Assembly (NCBI GenBank): GCA_014727915.1
Contig: WJMO01000004.1
Location: forward strand, 38,309-102,308
Source of the DNA: Candidatus Altiarchaeales archaeon
GTDB taxonomy: Archaea > Altiarchaeota > Altiarchaeia > IMC4 > SCGC-AAA252-I15
Length of the DNA: 64,000 nucleotides
Direction: 5' to 3'
In this document: positions 50,723 through 60,999 of the stretch, piece after piece
How the letters are laid out: each line of letters starts with the position of its first letter
How positions within the stretch are numbered: position 1 is the first letter of the stretch
The notes under the pieces: model-generated
The model's database searches: none
What the model was told of the DNA's origin: nothing
The model's input: the letters and a program-made list of their open reading frames with translations, nothing else
Program-made: the position numbers and the translations under genes

Positions 50723-50747
50723 AAACTTTATTCAACCAAAAACCAAG

Positions 50748-51113
50748 ATGGCTCGAACAGTGGAGTTCAAGGATCCAGGAAGGCTGGAGTTGATTAGGGA
50801 GCTTAAGAGCGCTGCCAAGGACAACGGCTCCAACATATGGTCCACTGTAGCGGAGGAGCTGTCCAAGGTCCGGAGGAACCGGAGGGAGGTCAACGTCCAC
50901 AAGATAAGCCGATACACCGGCGACGGCGACATCATAGTCGTGCCCGGGAAGGTTTTGGGCGATGGCGTCATCAGGCACAAGGTTAACGTCGCCGCCTTCC
51001 GCTTCACGGAGGGCGCTGAGAAGAAGATAAAGGATGCCGGGGGTAGGACCATGTCCATACTCGAGCTGGTGAAGGACAACCCCCGTGGCTCGAAGGTCAA
51101 GCTAATGGGATAA
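50748..51113 (+). CDS. rpl18e: 50S ribosomal protein L18e
   Basis: RREVNVHKI, VVPGKVLGDG, NPRGS. Confidence 0.95.
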   Translation: MARTVEFKDPGRLELIRELKSAAKDNGSNIWSTVAEELSKVRRNRREVNVHKISRYTGDGDIIVVPGKVLGDGVIRHKVNVAAFRFTEGAEKKIKDAGGRTMSILELVKDNPRGSKVKLMG

Positions 51114-51125
51114 AAAAAATTCAAG

Positions 51126-51554
51126 ATGTTGGTCATAGACGCTGATAGGAGGGTGCTGGGGCGGATGGCCTCGGAGGCTGCGAAGGCAGCCCTCATGGGA
51201 GAGGAGGTCGTCATTGTCAACGCCGAGAAGGCATATGTGTCCGGCAACATGAGGTCCGTGTTCAGGGAGAACCGGGACAAGCTCGAGATCAAGAACAAGG
51301 GCAACGTCAACAAGGGCCCCTACCATCCTAAGAGGCCTGACGTCTACGTCCGGAAGTCCGTCAGGGGCATGCTGCCATGGAAGAGCAGGCGGGGTCGTGA
51401 AGCCTACAAGAGGATAAGGGCTTACATAGGCATCCCGGAGGATGAGCTGAAGAGGAACAACATACCAGTGCCTGAGAAGTCCAAGCCCCGGAAGAAGCTC
51501 CGGAGGAAGGTCACTGTGGCGGAGATTTGCTCCCACATTGGAGGTAGTTGGTGA
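51126..51554 (+). CDS. rpl13: 50S ribosomal protein L13
   Basis: IDA...LGRMAS, VNAEKA, VRGMLP. Confidence 0.95.
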   Translation: MLVIDADRRVLGRMASEAAKAALMGEEVVIVNAEKAYVSGNMRSVFRENRDKLEIKNKGNVNKGPYHPKRPDVYVRKSVRGMLPWKSRRGREAYKRIRAYIGIPEDELKRNNIPVPEKSKPRKKLRRKVTVAEICSHIGGSW

Positions 51555-51970
51555 TGGATAGGAAGATTTCACACAGTTCGGGGAAGAGGAAGGAAGCGGT
51601 CGCGAGAGCCACGGTAAGGCCGGGCAACGGAACTTTCAGGGTCAACACGATGCTGCTTGACCATCTTAACCCTCGTTTTGCGAGGGAGAGGGTCCGGGTG
51701 CCATTGCTGCTTGCAGACGGCATCCTGGACTTGAACAAGATCGACATTAGCGTTGTCACTTCCGGGGGCGGTGTCATGGGCCAGGCTGACGCGATAGCCT
51801 GCTCGATAGCTTCCGCGCTGGTGGAATACAGCGGAAGCGAAGAACTTCACGACATTTACGTCAAATACGACCGTACCCTGATTGCCGGCGACCACCGTGA
51901 GACGGAAGTCCACAAGCCAAGCCAGTCGAGCAAGGGTCCGAGGCATAAGAGGCAGAAGTCATACAGGTGA
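51554..51970 (+). CDS. rps9: 30S ribosomal protein S9
   Basis: [28 protein letters not shown]. Confidence 0.95.
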   Translation: MDRKISHSSGKRKEAVARATVRPGNGTFRVNTMLLDHLNPRFARERVRVPLLLADGILDLNKIDISVVTSGGGVMGQADAIACSIASALVEYSGSEELHDIYVKYDRTLIAGDHRETEVHKPSQSSKGPRHKRQKSYR

Positions 51971-51974
51971 TACC

Positions 51975-52172
51975 ATGATTATTCCAGTGAGATGTTTCAG
52001 TTGCGGGAAGCCGGTCGGGAAGGACTGGGATGAGTATGTCGAGCGCAGCGGGAAGGGGGAGGACCCGAAGGAAGTCCTCGACGCCCTAGGTTACACCCGA
52101 TATTGTTGCAGGCGGATGTTCATCACACACAGCGAGATCATAGATGATGTGATGCACCATAAGAGGTTTTGA
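51975..52172 (+). CDS. rpoN: RNA polymerase subunit N (Rpo10)
   Basis: [12 protein letters not shown]...RYCCRRM. Confidence 0.96.
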   Translation: MIIPVRCFSCGKPVGKDWDEYVERSGKGEDPKEVLDALGYTRYCCRRMFITHSEIIDDVMHHKRF

Positions 52173-52174
52173 AA

Positions 52175-52342
52175 GTGGAATACGAGAGATTCGAGAAGGC
52201 TAGGGTGATAGGTGCGAGGGCATTGCAGATCAAGATGGGCGCTCCGCCGTTGGTCGTGGTTAAAGACGACATCTCGGCGTTGGACATCGCGAAGCTGGAG
52301 TTCGAACAGGACGTCATTCCAATAACAGTGATCAGAAAATGA
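52175..52342 (+). CDS. rpoK: RNA polymerase subunit K (Rpo6); absent from ORF track
   Basis: Hand translation [27 protein letters not shown]...IPITVIRK; between rpoN and rps2. Confidence 0.93.
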   Translation: MEYERFEKARVIGARALQIKMGAPPLVVVKDDISALDIAKLEFEQDVIPITVIRK

Positions 52343-53022
52343 GCGATTTAGAGCAGGATGTCGGGGTTAAGTTGCTGGTCTCCTTAGACGACTATCTGTC
52401 TAACGGGGTCCACGTGGGTTTGAAGTACAAGTCAGCGGATATGAGGCCTTTCATATACAAGATACGCCCTGACAAGCTCTGCGTCTTCGACGTCCAGAAG
52501 ATCGACGAGCGCCTGAGGCTCGCGGCACAGTTCATAGCATCCTACAAGCCCGAGGACGTTCTGGTGGTCTCCAACAGGGTATATGGTAGGGAGCCGATCA
52601 AGAAGTTCTCCGAGGCCCTCGGGTTCAAGGCTTTTGAGGGCAGGTTCGTGTCGGGGACCTTGACGAATCCGTCCATCGAACCATACTGTGAGCCCAAATT
52701 GTTGATCGTCACGGACCCCACCGCAGACCAGCAGGCCATCAAGGAGGCCCGGTCGGCGGGTGTTGCCGTGCTCGCCATATGCGACACCAACACGAGGGTG
52801 AAGGACATAGACTTCGTGATACCCAGCAACAACAAGGGCAAGAACTCCCTCGGACTCATATACTGGGTTTTGACCCGTGAGATACTTAAGCTCAGGGGCA
52901 TCGAGGAATTTGACACTCCCTTGGAGGAGTTCATCAGCAAGGCCGAGCCCCAGCCCTATCTGATAACGTTGCAGGAGAGGCAGAAGGCCAAGAGGCAGAA
53001 GAAGCGTGGCAGAAGGCGCTAG
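52339..53022 (+). CDS. rps2: 30S ribosomal protein S2
   Basis: [27 protein letters not shown]. Confidence 0.95.
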   Translation: MSDLEQDVGVKLLVSLDDYLSNGVHVGLKYKSADMRPFIYKIRPDKLCVFDVQKIDERLRLAAQFIASYKPEDVLVVSNRVYGREPIKKFSEALGFKAFEGRFVSGTLTNPSIEPYCEPKLLIVTDPTADQQAIKEARSAGVAVLAICDTNTRVKDIDFVIPSNNKGKNSLGLIYWVLTREILKLRGIEEFDTPLEEFISKAEPQPYLITLQERQKAKRQKKRGRRR

Positions 53023-53060
53023 GCCCCACATATTTTATCCTTCAACTTCCATTCATTACG

Positions 53061-55022
53061 ATGCGTTACGTCAAAATCGTCTTGGCAGCGTCGGTCCTGC
53101 TGTTCCTACTGGCTTTCATAATCCATCCAAAACACTTCGTGCCCACGCCCGCCGAGTCCGCGTATTCCCTAATGTTCTTCTTCCTGGTCTCCTACCTCCT
53201 CGGGTACTCCCTAACAAAGGACTTCTTCAAAAGCGATGATGCCCTAGAGTCTACGGTAATGCGGGTCGGATTCGGCCTTTCAACGATACCCCTGCTGCTG
53301 GTGCTGATGGAGACATTCGGCGTGCCCCTCAGATGGAATATACTCATGCTCCTGTCTGTCGTCCGCCCGTTGCACGACCTTTTCACCACCCCCAAGAAGT
53401 TCCTGAAGTATTTCGAGAAATCTCCCTCTAGGATCATGAAATGGTCGCCGGACCACTATGCCGTCCTCGCGTTGCTCGTCTCAGCCGCCGCCTTCAACGT
53501 GGCCATGTACGGGTCGTACACCTACCCCTACCTTGCGGACGGGGACTCTTGGGAGCATGCTGCGGGCGTGAAGTACATATCCCTATCCGGCACGTACACA
53601 AAGCCAGATGACGTCTACGTATCCCACTACATCCGCCCCTATCCCCCGTCATATGATGCGCTTTTGGCGCTTGTGCACCAGCTTAACAGCAGCGTGTCCT
53701 GGACTTTGAAGACGTTCAACAACGTGTTGGTCGCGTTGACCTATGCATTCGCCTACTTTATGGTTCGCCGTTTCACTGGTGAATCCAAGACCGCATTCTA
53801 TTCAACCCTGGTTTTGTTCGCCCTGCCGCCGTTCGGCAGCCACAGCATATGGGCTCATACGATGGCCATAACCCTCCTGTTCCCTGTTTTCTACGGTGTG
53901 GACATGGTCCGGGAGGACAGGTCCTGGACACTACTCGCGTCCATATTCCTAGCCGGCAGCCTCATAGTGCAGCCGCTCATGTCATTTGTGATCGGCGTCT
54001 TCTTCATCCTGTATCTGCTTGGATGGTATATGGTCTCCAGGAAGCACCTGAAAAAACTGTTCACAGTGGGCGTCCTGGGGCTGGCGTTGTCAATGATCTA
54101 CTGGGCCCCGGTCGCGTTGGACCCGGAGGAGAAGGGGGACTTAGGGGACGTTTCATCCGACCTACTACAGGGCAAGCTGCAGATCGGATTGGAGGAGGAG
54201 GACCGCTCTCCCACGGCGATGAAAATGTTCTTCCCGGACATCCACGGGGACATGTTCATGCAGCACGGGTTCGGCGCAGCCACCATACTCTTGACAATAT
54301 TAGCTTTCGACTTCGCCTTCCGCAGGAAGCTCAGAAAGTTCACAGCTAAGAAGCCATGGTTCGCTGTGATGGCCTTGTGGCTGGCGTTCACCTTGACGTT
54401 TCTGTTCTCTCCGGGGTTGCAGTTCTCCATCTACCCGCAGAGGTTCTGGGGGACCGCCGCCATACCCCTCGCGGTCTTCAGCGGCTTCATGCTCGCCCAC
54501 CTATCGGAGTTGAAGTTCATACCCAAGAAGAAGGCCAATTACGCCTTCGCATTCTTCATCCTATTGTTGCTGTTCACGTCGGCCAGGCCCAAATTGAACG
54601 TCCAGACGACCACATGGGGTGTTACGGACCTGCGGACGGAGATAGGCTCGGACTTCTCAGCCTACCTGGCTTTGAAGGACCTGCCGCCCGACACTCCAGT
54701 CTATCCCTTCTGCACGTTGGACAAGTACGTTATCGGCTTCGACAAGCTGAGCTACGCATGGGACGATGAGATTGAGGAATCACGGGCTGACCCCATCCAC
54801 GCCGACCCGGAAACCCTGCACACGATACTGAAGTCCCGGCCCAGGCCCTACGAGTACATAATCTTCGACTACGCATGCGTAAAACGGTGCATGGAAGAGC
54901 TTTCCATGTCCAAAGACGACTGCAAAAAAGCAGCCGCCGACAACATGCAAGCCTTCGAAGACAGCGGACTCTACGAGATGACCGGCCGAAGCCAATCCAC
55001 CATCGCCTTCAAAGTACTCTAA
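53061..55022 (+). CDS. Large polytopic membrane protein, probable GT-C glycosyltransferase
   Basis: DGDSWEH first-loop motif, YPP, many TM helices, P.RF motif, soluble C-terminus. Confidence 0.55.
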   Translation: MRYVKIVLAASVLLFLLAFIIHPKHFVPTPAESAYSLMFFFLVSYLLGYSLTKDFFKSDDALESTVMRVGFGLSTIPLLLVLMETFGVPLRWNILMLLSVVRPLHDLFTTPKKFLKYFEKSPSRIMKWSPDHYAVLALLVSAAAFNVAMYGSYTYPYLADGDSWEHAAGVKYISLSGTYTKPDDVYVSHYIRPYPPSYDALLALVHQLNSSVSWTLKTFNNVLVALTYAFAYFMVRRFTGESKTAFYSTLVLFALPPFGSHSIWAHTMAITLLFPVFYGVDMVREDRSWTLLASIFLAGSLIVQPLMSFVIGVFFILYLLGWYMVSRKHLKKLFTVGVLGLALSMIYWAPVALDPEEKGDLGDVSSDLLQGKLQIGLEEEDRSPTAMKMFFPDIHGDMFMQHGFGAATILLTILAFDFAFRRKLRKFTAKKPWFAVMALWLAFTLTFLFSPGLQFSIYPQRFWGTAAIPLAVFSGFMLAHLSELKFIPKKKANYAFAFFILLLLFTSARPKLNVQTTTWGVTDLRTEIGSDFSAYLALKDLPPDTPVYPFCTLDKYVIGFDKLSYAWDDEIEESRADPIHADPETLHTILKSRPRPYEYIIFDYACVKRCMEELSMSKDDCKKAAADNMQAFEDSGLYEMTGRSQSTIAFKVL

Positions 55023-56296
55023 CCCCTGAAGTCCCGGCCACGGTACTTTGCTTTTGAGCCGAGTTCTTCCTCTATCCTCAGTAGCTGGTTGTATTTGGAT
55101 AGTCGCTCGCTTCGGGCGGGGGCTCCGGTCTTTATCTGGCCGCTGTCTATCCCAACTGAAAGGTCTGCTATGAAGCTGTCCTCTGTCTCCCCCGACCGGT
55201 GGGATACGGTGACAGCCCATCCGCTGTCGTAGCTGAGCTTGGCCGCGTCTATGGACTCTGTCACGGACCCTATCTGGTTGACCTTCAGCAGCAGCGCATT
55301 GCAGGCCTTGTCCTCTATGGCCTTCTCTATCCTCTTCACGTTCGTTACCAGCAGGTCGTCGCCGGTCAACTGTATCCTATCCCCCAGTTTGCTGTTCAAT
55401 TCCGTCCAGCCGCTCCAGTCGTCCTCGGCCATCCCGTCCTCTATGGAGACTATGGGGAAGGTTCCCACCAGGTCGGTGTAGAAGTCCACCATCTCGCCTG
55501 GCTCATACCTTTTGTCGCCGATCATGTAGTATCCGCCGTCCTTGTAGTAGTACTCGGATGATGCGGGGTCCAAGGCCATAGCCATATCCTTACCGTAACC
55601 GGCTTCCTCCGCGGCCTTGGCCATCAGTTCCAGCCGCTCCCGGGGCGTGTCTATCGGCGGGACGAATCCTCCTTCGTCTCCCAGTTGTACTGCGTGGACT
55701 CCGTACCTATCCTTGAGCATCTTCTTGAGTATGTGGTATGTTTCCGCGCCCATCCTCAATCCTTCCCTGAAGCTCTTCGCTCCGACGGGCATGTACATGT
55801 TCTCCTGTATGTCGTTCTCCTTGCCCGCGTGCTTGCCCCCGTTTATGACGTTCAACTGCGGCACAGGCAAGGTGACGCCTTCGGAGCCTGCGAGCTCTGC
55901 TATGTGCGCGTACAAGGGTTTGCCCGCGTCGTCGGCGCCTGCCTTGCAGGCTGCCATGCTCACAGCCAAGATTGCATTAGCGCCCAGTTTGCCTTTGTTT
56001 TCGGTTCCGTCCAGGCTGTTCAACAGCTCGTCCAAACCCCGTTGGTCGGCGACTTCGAACCCGACGACCTTGTCCTTCACGGTCTTGTTCACGTTCTCAA
56101 CGGCCTTCAGCACGCCCTTGCCGTTGTATCTGCGCTTGTCACCGTCCCTGAGTTCCACGGCCTCGTGGCTGCCGGTGCTCGCGCCGCTGGGGACCATCGC
56201 CTTGTACCTTCCCTTCTCAGTCTTCAAATCCACCTCCACAGTCGGGTTGCCCCGTGAATCCAGCACCTCCCTCGCATGCACTCCTGTTATTTTCAT
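55019..56296 (-). CDS. eno: Enolase
   Basis: [33 protein letters not shown]. Confidence 0.97.
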   Translation of the reverse strand: MKITGVHAREVLDSRGNPTVEVDLKTEKGRYKAMVPSGASTGSHEAVELRDGDKRRYNGKGVLKAVENVNKTVKDKVVGFEVADQRGLDELLNSLDGTENKGKLGANAILAVSMAACKAGADDAGKPLYAHIAELAGSEGVTLPVPQLNVINGGKHAGKENDIQENMYMPVGAKSFREGLRMGAETYHILKKMLKDRYGVHAVQLGDEGGFVPPIDTPRERLELMAKAAEEAGYGKDMAMALDPASSEYYYKDGGYYMIGDKRYEPGEMVDFYTDLVGTFPIVSIEDGMAEDDWSGWTELNSKLGDRIQLTGDDLLVTNVKRIEKAIEDKACNALLLKVNQIGSVTESIDAAKLSYDSGWAVTVSHRSGETEDSFIADLSVGIDSGQIKTGAPARSERLSKYNQLLRIEEELGSKAKYRGRDFRG

Positions 56297-56323
56297 CGTC
56301 TGCAAACTCTATTCGAATGCCGG

Positions 56324-56331
56324 TTTATAAA
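56324..56331. promoter_or_regulatory. Palindromic TATA box, probably shared by eno (-) and the H/ACA RNA (+)
   Basis: TTTATAAA lies 28 nt from eno ATG and 24 nt from the ncRNA stem start. Confidence 0.55.
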
Positions 56332-56354
56332 CCTGTCCTACGGTAATCATATTA

Positions 56355-56436
56355 CGCCCCCCACGAGGGTTACCTCGGGGGAGAGTCGAAGACATTAGTC
56401 GATCAATGAACCCAGGGGTTAGTGTTGGGGGCGACA
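56355..56436 (+). ncRNA. Box H/ACA pseudouridylation guide RNA (single hairpin, K-turn), predicted target 23S rRNA helix 69
   Basis: Basal stem CGCCCCC/GGGGGCG followed directly by ACA; K-turn AAT-GAA / GGA; pocket strands GAGGGTTA and GTTA. Confidence 0.75.
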
Positions 56437-56498
56437 CACTCCAAATCAACAATAATATAAACTTTTCTATTAATTATTGATAAAATATCCTAAATATT

Positions 56499-57188
56499 TT
56501 AGGCCAGTAGTTCGCACTCGCTCTCCATCTCCTGCCCGTCGACTGTCACCTTCCTCCTGACCTTGCCCTTCCGCTTGGCCTGAAGCCTCGCCTCTGCGGC
56601 GCTCACACCCTCGGGTATCACAAGCTCATCTATCACGAACGTGTTCTCCACCTTCGCCTCCTTGAAACCACCGCTGACATCGAAGAACACCTCCTCCCTG
56701 AGCCTTTCAAGGACTGACAAGTCCAGTTGTCCGCTGCAGAAGTCCACAGCCTTCTCCTTCCCCGGCTTGGGAGGCTTCTTCTTGCACTTGATCTTCCCCG
56801 AACCCTTCAACGACAACAGTATGGTCGCATACGGTAGCTTCTCATACAATTGGACCAACACCTCCCCCGGTATGGTGTCCTTCATGTCCGCTACGAAATA
56901 GGACTTCTTCACCTTGCTCTTGTCATCGAAGTCTATGAACAACTCCTTCAGAACGTCCCGGAAGTCCTGCTTGGCAAACAATGAACCGCTGACCTCATAG
57001 TCCCCCCCAGACGACGCAGCCAACAAACCGAATATGTTGCAGTACTCGACACTACCCTTGAACTTGACGCTCTTCTTGACCTCGACCTCGCACACGGGCC
57101 CCACATACTCACCCCTACCATAACGTGTGAAAAGGTCGTGCACCCACTCTTTTGCCTCTCCTCTGAACAACTCTCTTATGTAGTGCAT
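56499..57188 (-). CDS. Hypothetical protein
   Basis: 229-aa ORF, H..FTRYGRG.Y and AKRKGKVRR segments; no function recognised. Confidence 0.6.
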   Translation of the reverse strand: MHYIRELFRGEAKEWVHDLFTRYGRGEYVGPVCEVEVKKSVKFKGSVEYCNIFGLLAASSGGDYEVSGSLFAKQDFRDVLKELFIDFDDKSKVKKSYFVADMKDTIPGEVLVQLYEKLPYATILLSLKGSGKIKCKKKPPKPGKEKAVDFCSGQLDLSVLERLREEVFFDVSGGFKEAKVENTFVIDELVIPEGVSAAEARLQAKRKGKVRRKVTVDGQEMESECELLA

Positions 57189-57228
57189 TTTAACACCAGG
57201 GTCATATATTCAACAAACAAACCTAAAA

Positions 57229-57747
57229 ATGGACCTGGCCACAATCCTCTTCACACCATCAGATCCCATCCAAACCCACGCCCTGGTATTCCTGCTGGGC
57301 AGCCTGGCAGTCAGCTCACTATCTGACCTGCGCCGCATGGCAGCCCAAGCCGACTTCTACGAGGTGTGGATAGCCTTCACAGCCGCCATGTTCCTATTCG
57401 ACCTATACCTGGGAATGACAGGCCAACTCACCATACCTCCCTTCACCCTGAAATGGATACTCATACTGGCCTTCACAGCAGTATCAACAGCCACACCCCT
57501 GCTGAACATCAGCACAATGGACGTGGCAGCCCTCGCAGCCCTCCTAAGCACCCTCAACCCCGCCACCATACTGCTGACAATACCCCTAACCATCCTAGCC
57601 AACGAACTACTACACCCCCTACTCAAAAAACACGGCCAAGCAGGCGCCTACCCCTTCCTGCCCACCGTACTCACAGTCAACCTAACACTCCTAACCCTAA
57701 ACCTAACCGGCGGAATACAACAATACCTTGGGATTACGGGCCTATAG
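57229..57747 (+). CDS. A24 prepilin/preflagellin peptidase-like membrane protein (divergent)
   Basis: SDLRR first aspartate, STMD at the GxGD position, C-terminal YPFLP. Confidence 0.55.
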   Translation: MDLATILFTPSDPIQTHALVFLLGSLAVSSLSDLRRMAAQADFYEVWIAFTAAMFLFDLYLGMTGQLTIPPFTLKWILILAFTAVSTATPLLNISTMDVAALAALLSTLNPATILLTIPLTILANELLHPLLKKHGQAGAYPFLPTVLTVNLTLLTLNLTGGIQQYLGITGL

Positions 57748-58443
57748 GCCCAGCAAACCCCTTAGAAACCCTATCATCCTCGAGAGCAGACCCTCTTCTC
57801 CTTCAAACTCGAGTGTGGTGGTCGTCGAGGACTCTCTCACGGTTTTTACTGTCGTTGTGGTCTCTTCCTTAACCGTGGTTGTTGTGGTGTCATCGGGGTC
57901 GCTGAAACGCTCGCAGTCAGGGTCGACTCTACCATCCTCTTCTAGGTCGCAGAATCCGTCCGCTGAACCTGTCCGGCAATCGTCACAGTTCCTGAAATCC
58001 TCCCCTTCACCGCAGACACCGTCTTCCACGCAGTAGACTGGAATGCTGAACGCGTTTGAAACGGCGATGGTGCCCTTGTCGTCGTTCAATATAGCGGCTG
58101 CCGAGTAATATCCACCGGCACTGTCAGGTTTTACAGTATATCTTAGGTTCTTCCTCGACCCCGGCTCGAACGCCAGATCCCAGATGACGCACCTCCTCTT
58201 CAAGACTCCCTGGCTGCATCCGACAACCTCCCCGCCGGCGCTTATGCCGCTTACCTCGGCTTCTCCGTCTAGCTTATCCTTCAGTGTGGCGGTCGCGTCA
58301 TCGCTGCCGTCGTATTCCACGCGTATCTCCACCGTGAAGGACCCGCCAGCATGGACGGATTCCGGGTGGTCTTTCACTATCGTATACTCGGCGGACGCCA
58401 TCCCGCACAACACCAAAACCGCTAATATAACATATCCTCTCAT
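57742..58443 (-). CDS. Secreted protein: Ig-like domain, Cys-rich module, Thr-rich linker, amphipathic C-tail
   Basis: Signal peptide, DGVCGEGE...CDDC, DGFCD...DPDC, poly-Thr. Confidence 0.7.
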   Translation of the reverse strand: MRGYVILAVLVLCGMASAEYTIVKDHPESVHAGGSFTVEIRVEYDGSDDATATLKDKLDGEAEVSGISAGGEVVGCSQGVLKRRCVIWDLAFEPGSRKNLRYTVKPDSAGGYYSAAAILNDDKGTIAVSNAFSIPVYCVEDGVCGEGEDFRNCDDCRTGSADGFCDLEEDGRVDPDCERFSDPDDTTTTTVKEETTTTVKTVRESSTTTTLEFEGEEGLLSRMIGFLRGLLGL

Positions 58444-58444
58444 C

Positions 58445-60769
58445 TTAACACCCCACTATATCGTCTAAAGGCGGGCATCCCACGTTCTGCCTGTCGTTTT
58501 TACAGCACAGCGAGGGAGCGCATGAAAGCTTGAATTTCCTCTCATAGGGTTCGTTAGTGCATGCGGCGCCGTTGGCCAGGTTCTTTCCGTCGAAGCACCA
58601 TTTTTCAGGGTCGAAACGGTCGCAGTAGTTCCACCATCCGGTGGGCAGCTGCCCGAACCTCACCCCCGCGTCGTTGCCAGTGGTGTCGACCACGTGGTAT
58701 TTGTTGTCCCCAGAGAATTTTACAAGGTTATAGCAGTGTCCGCCGTCGCAGAACCCATATACCTCGTCTTTGTCGTAGCCTGCCTTCCTCAAGACTGTTA
58801 GGACGGCCATCATGTAATCGTGGCATACTCCCGTCTCCAGGACGTTGACGACCGCGTGGGCTGGGTAGAACGAGCTGTAGGCACAGCTGTTCTTGCTCAT
58901 GTCGGTGTCGCTGGACCATGACTTGCTGCTGGTGCAGGGCAGGACGTTCACGTTGTCGTTGTAGGCTATCCCCGTGCACTGGCAGCCTCCCATGTCTGCG
59001 TTGCTGCATCCCCCGTCGCTAACGCAGTCGGGGTCGTTGTCGCAGCACAGCTGACCCCAGAAGTAGTCGTGCATCCACTTGGAATAAGTCCCGAAGCCCC
59101 TGACGATGTAGACTCCCATGCAACGTTTGAAGTCTCCGTTGCCCTCTTCCACGGCCTCTTCGCAGTGGGCATCGCTTATGAAGCCGTTGCAGCAGGCCGC
59201 AGCCTGCTCTACTATGTAGTCAAGGCCTTCATGGCACACCTCATATGTGTTGCACGCCTCCTTTGTTTCTCCCACCTTGTTGTCGGGTATGGTGTATGTG
59301 TCGTCAGGGTAGTTTTTCTCGCACATGGTGTCCGCTGGGGCGTATTGTGTGCCGGTCTCGCAAGTGGACATGGATCCGCAGGGCGGGCACCCGTAGCAGC
59401 CGCAGTCCACACCCTCCTCATATCCGTTTTTCACGCCGTCGGGGCAGCTCCTGCAGTAGCCGTCCTTGCAGAATCCAGTGCAAGTGTCTGTGCTGTTCTT
59501 GATCTCTCCATCCATGTAGTCCACCCAATACTGCCTTACCGTGTGATCGTCAACGCACTCGTCCATGACTATCACCTCACCCCATGGGTCGCCCCTTATC
59601 TGCCCCTGAATGTACTTGTCCTCTTCAGGGTCCAATTCCAGGACCTCGCACTCTCCACCCTTGCAAACCCCACCTGGACATTTGATTTCCTCTCCCCTCA
59701 CCCCGTTCGCAGCCTGGCTGTCGCAGACGAACTCGTGCAAGGTTACGCCGTCGTCGAGGCAGAAATCGATACCGGAGACGTCCGTCTGGGCTGTTCCCTT
59801 GGAATAGACGTTGAAGCCGTAGTCGCTGTCCTCGCACAGACAGACCCCATTCTTGCACCCCATCGGGCATACCATCTCCAGGGACGAGACTCCGAACTGC
59901 TGGTCCTCGTCGCACCAGTATTCCATCACATGCGTCCAGTCAGTGCACACCTCATCCTTCAACAAGAGCATGGACGGGCTATCAGGGTCGTCGGGAACCC
60001 AGTAGCCACCACCCTCTATGAACGGGGTCTTACCATCCTCGTCCTCGCAGAGGCATCTGCCGCCCTCACAACCCTGCGGGCAAGAGTAGAAGGTCTTGTT
60101 CCAAAAACCATGGTCACAGTAGTACTCGTATAAGGTGTCCTGGCTGCAGTAGTCCGTGAGCTCGCTCTCTCCACCACCGTCCTTGAAAACCTTCACAGAC
60201 CCCTTCTTGTAGAACATCAATCCCTCATCGCTGTCATAGCATGAGCACCCAACGGAGTCCACGGGCAAACCCACACCGGTGTCCGGGCACTCGTCCGCGG
60301 TGTTGAGCACCCCATCCTTATCCCCGTCCAAACCAGCCAAATCAGGCGTCACCTTCAACCCCGGAACCCCCAACTTCAAAACGCTATCGTTGATTAACCT
60401 GAAACCCAACAGGGTAGTCGTCGTAGGCCTCCTGGACAACGTAGTGGACGTCCTAAAAAGCAAAGTCGTGGTAGTCCTACCAGGCAAACTGGTCGTAGTC
60501 CGCAGCAGATAACCCGCACTAACACACACAGTGGTGGAAGTACCCCTCAAACTCGTGGACGTGACCCCAACACCCCGGTATGTCGGGGTAGTAGGCCTAG
60601 AAGAACCCACAGTAGTCGATGTAAACCGCTCCAAAGAGGTGGTAGTCCTCAACGGAACAGTCGTCGTAGTCCTCTCCGAAACCGTGGTGGAGGTCAAAGC
60701 ACCTCGCTCCCCAGAAACGGAAAAAACACAAAAAACACAAAAAGCCAAAAAAACAACCCTACAATCCAT
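58445..60769 (-). CDS. Secreted Cys-rich repeat protein with C-terminal transglutaminase-like domain
   Basis: Signal peptide, Thr-rich region, TSP3-like DGDKDGV..DECP, repeated C.DSD.G...CP.GC..G.C, GVCHDY / GHCYN / VVDTT triad. Confidence 0.75.
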   Translation of the reverse strand: MDCRVVFLAFCVFCVFSVSGERGALTSTTVSERTTTTVPLRTTTSLERFTSTTVGSSRPTTPTYRGVGVTSTSLRGTSTTVCVSAGYLLRTTTSLPGRTTTTLLFRTSTTLSRRPTTTTLLGFRLINDSVLKLGVPGLKVTPDLAGLDGDKDGVLNTADECPDTGVGLPVDSVGCSCYDSDEGLMFYKKGSVKVFKDGGGESELTDYCSQDTLYEYYCDHGFWNKTFYSCPQGCEGGRCLCEDEDGKTPFIEGGGYWVPDDPDSPSMLLLKDEVCTDWTHVMEYWCDEDQQFGVSSLEMVCPMGCKNGVCLCEDSDYGFNVYSKGTAQTDVSGIDFCLDDGVTLHEFVCDSQAANGVRGEEIKCPGGVCKGGECEVLELDPEEDKYIQGQIRGDPWGEVIVMDECVDDHTVRQYWVDYMDGEIKNSTDTCTGFCKDGYCRSCPDGVKNGYEEGVDCGCYGCPPCGSMSTCETGTQYAPADTMCEKNYPDDTYTIPDNKVGETKEACNTYEVCHEGLDYIVEQAAACCNGFISDAHCEEAVEEGNGDFKRCMGVYIVRGFGTYSKWMHDYFWGQLCCDNDPDCVSDGGCSNADMGGCQCTGIAYNDNVNVLPCTSSKSWSSDTDMSKNSCAYSSFYPAHAVVNVLETGVCHDYMMAVLTVLRKAGYDKDEVYGFCDGGHCYNLVKFSGDNKYHVVDTTGNDAGVRFGQLPTGWWNYCDRFDPEKWCFDGKNLANGAACTNEPYERKFKLSCAPSLCCKNDRQNVGCPPLDDIVGC

Positions 60770-60838
60770 ATAAAAAATTAGAAAAGAAAAATAAAACCTT
60801 ATAACCCCAAAAAACCTATATAATCCCCACTTTAAACC

Positions 60839-60999
60839 AAACCAATTTCACGCTCACCAACCAGGGGCTATGGGGTAGTCCGGGTCGGAGTTAGCCGACG
60901 ACTAAGGGGCTATCTTCGGCACCAGAGGTGCCTCGATAACCCAGACAAAAACAAAAACCAATTTCACGCTCACCAACCAGGGGCTATGGGGTAGTCCGG
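60839..60999 (+). repeat. 45-bp direct repeat of tRNA-Trp leader plus first 20 tRNA nt
   Basis: AAACCAATTTCACGCTCACCAACCAGGGGCTATGGGGTAGTCCGG at 60839-60883 and 60955-60999. Confidence 0.93.

Noticed and set aside
56355-56433. tRNA or pseudo-tRNA cloverleaf
   Set aside because: No TTCRA T-loop or D-loop GG; K-turn plus ACA plus rRNA complementarity explains it better
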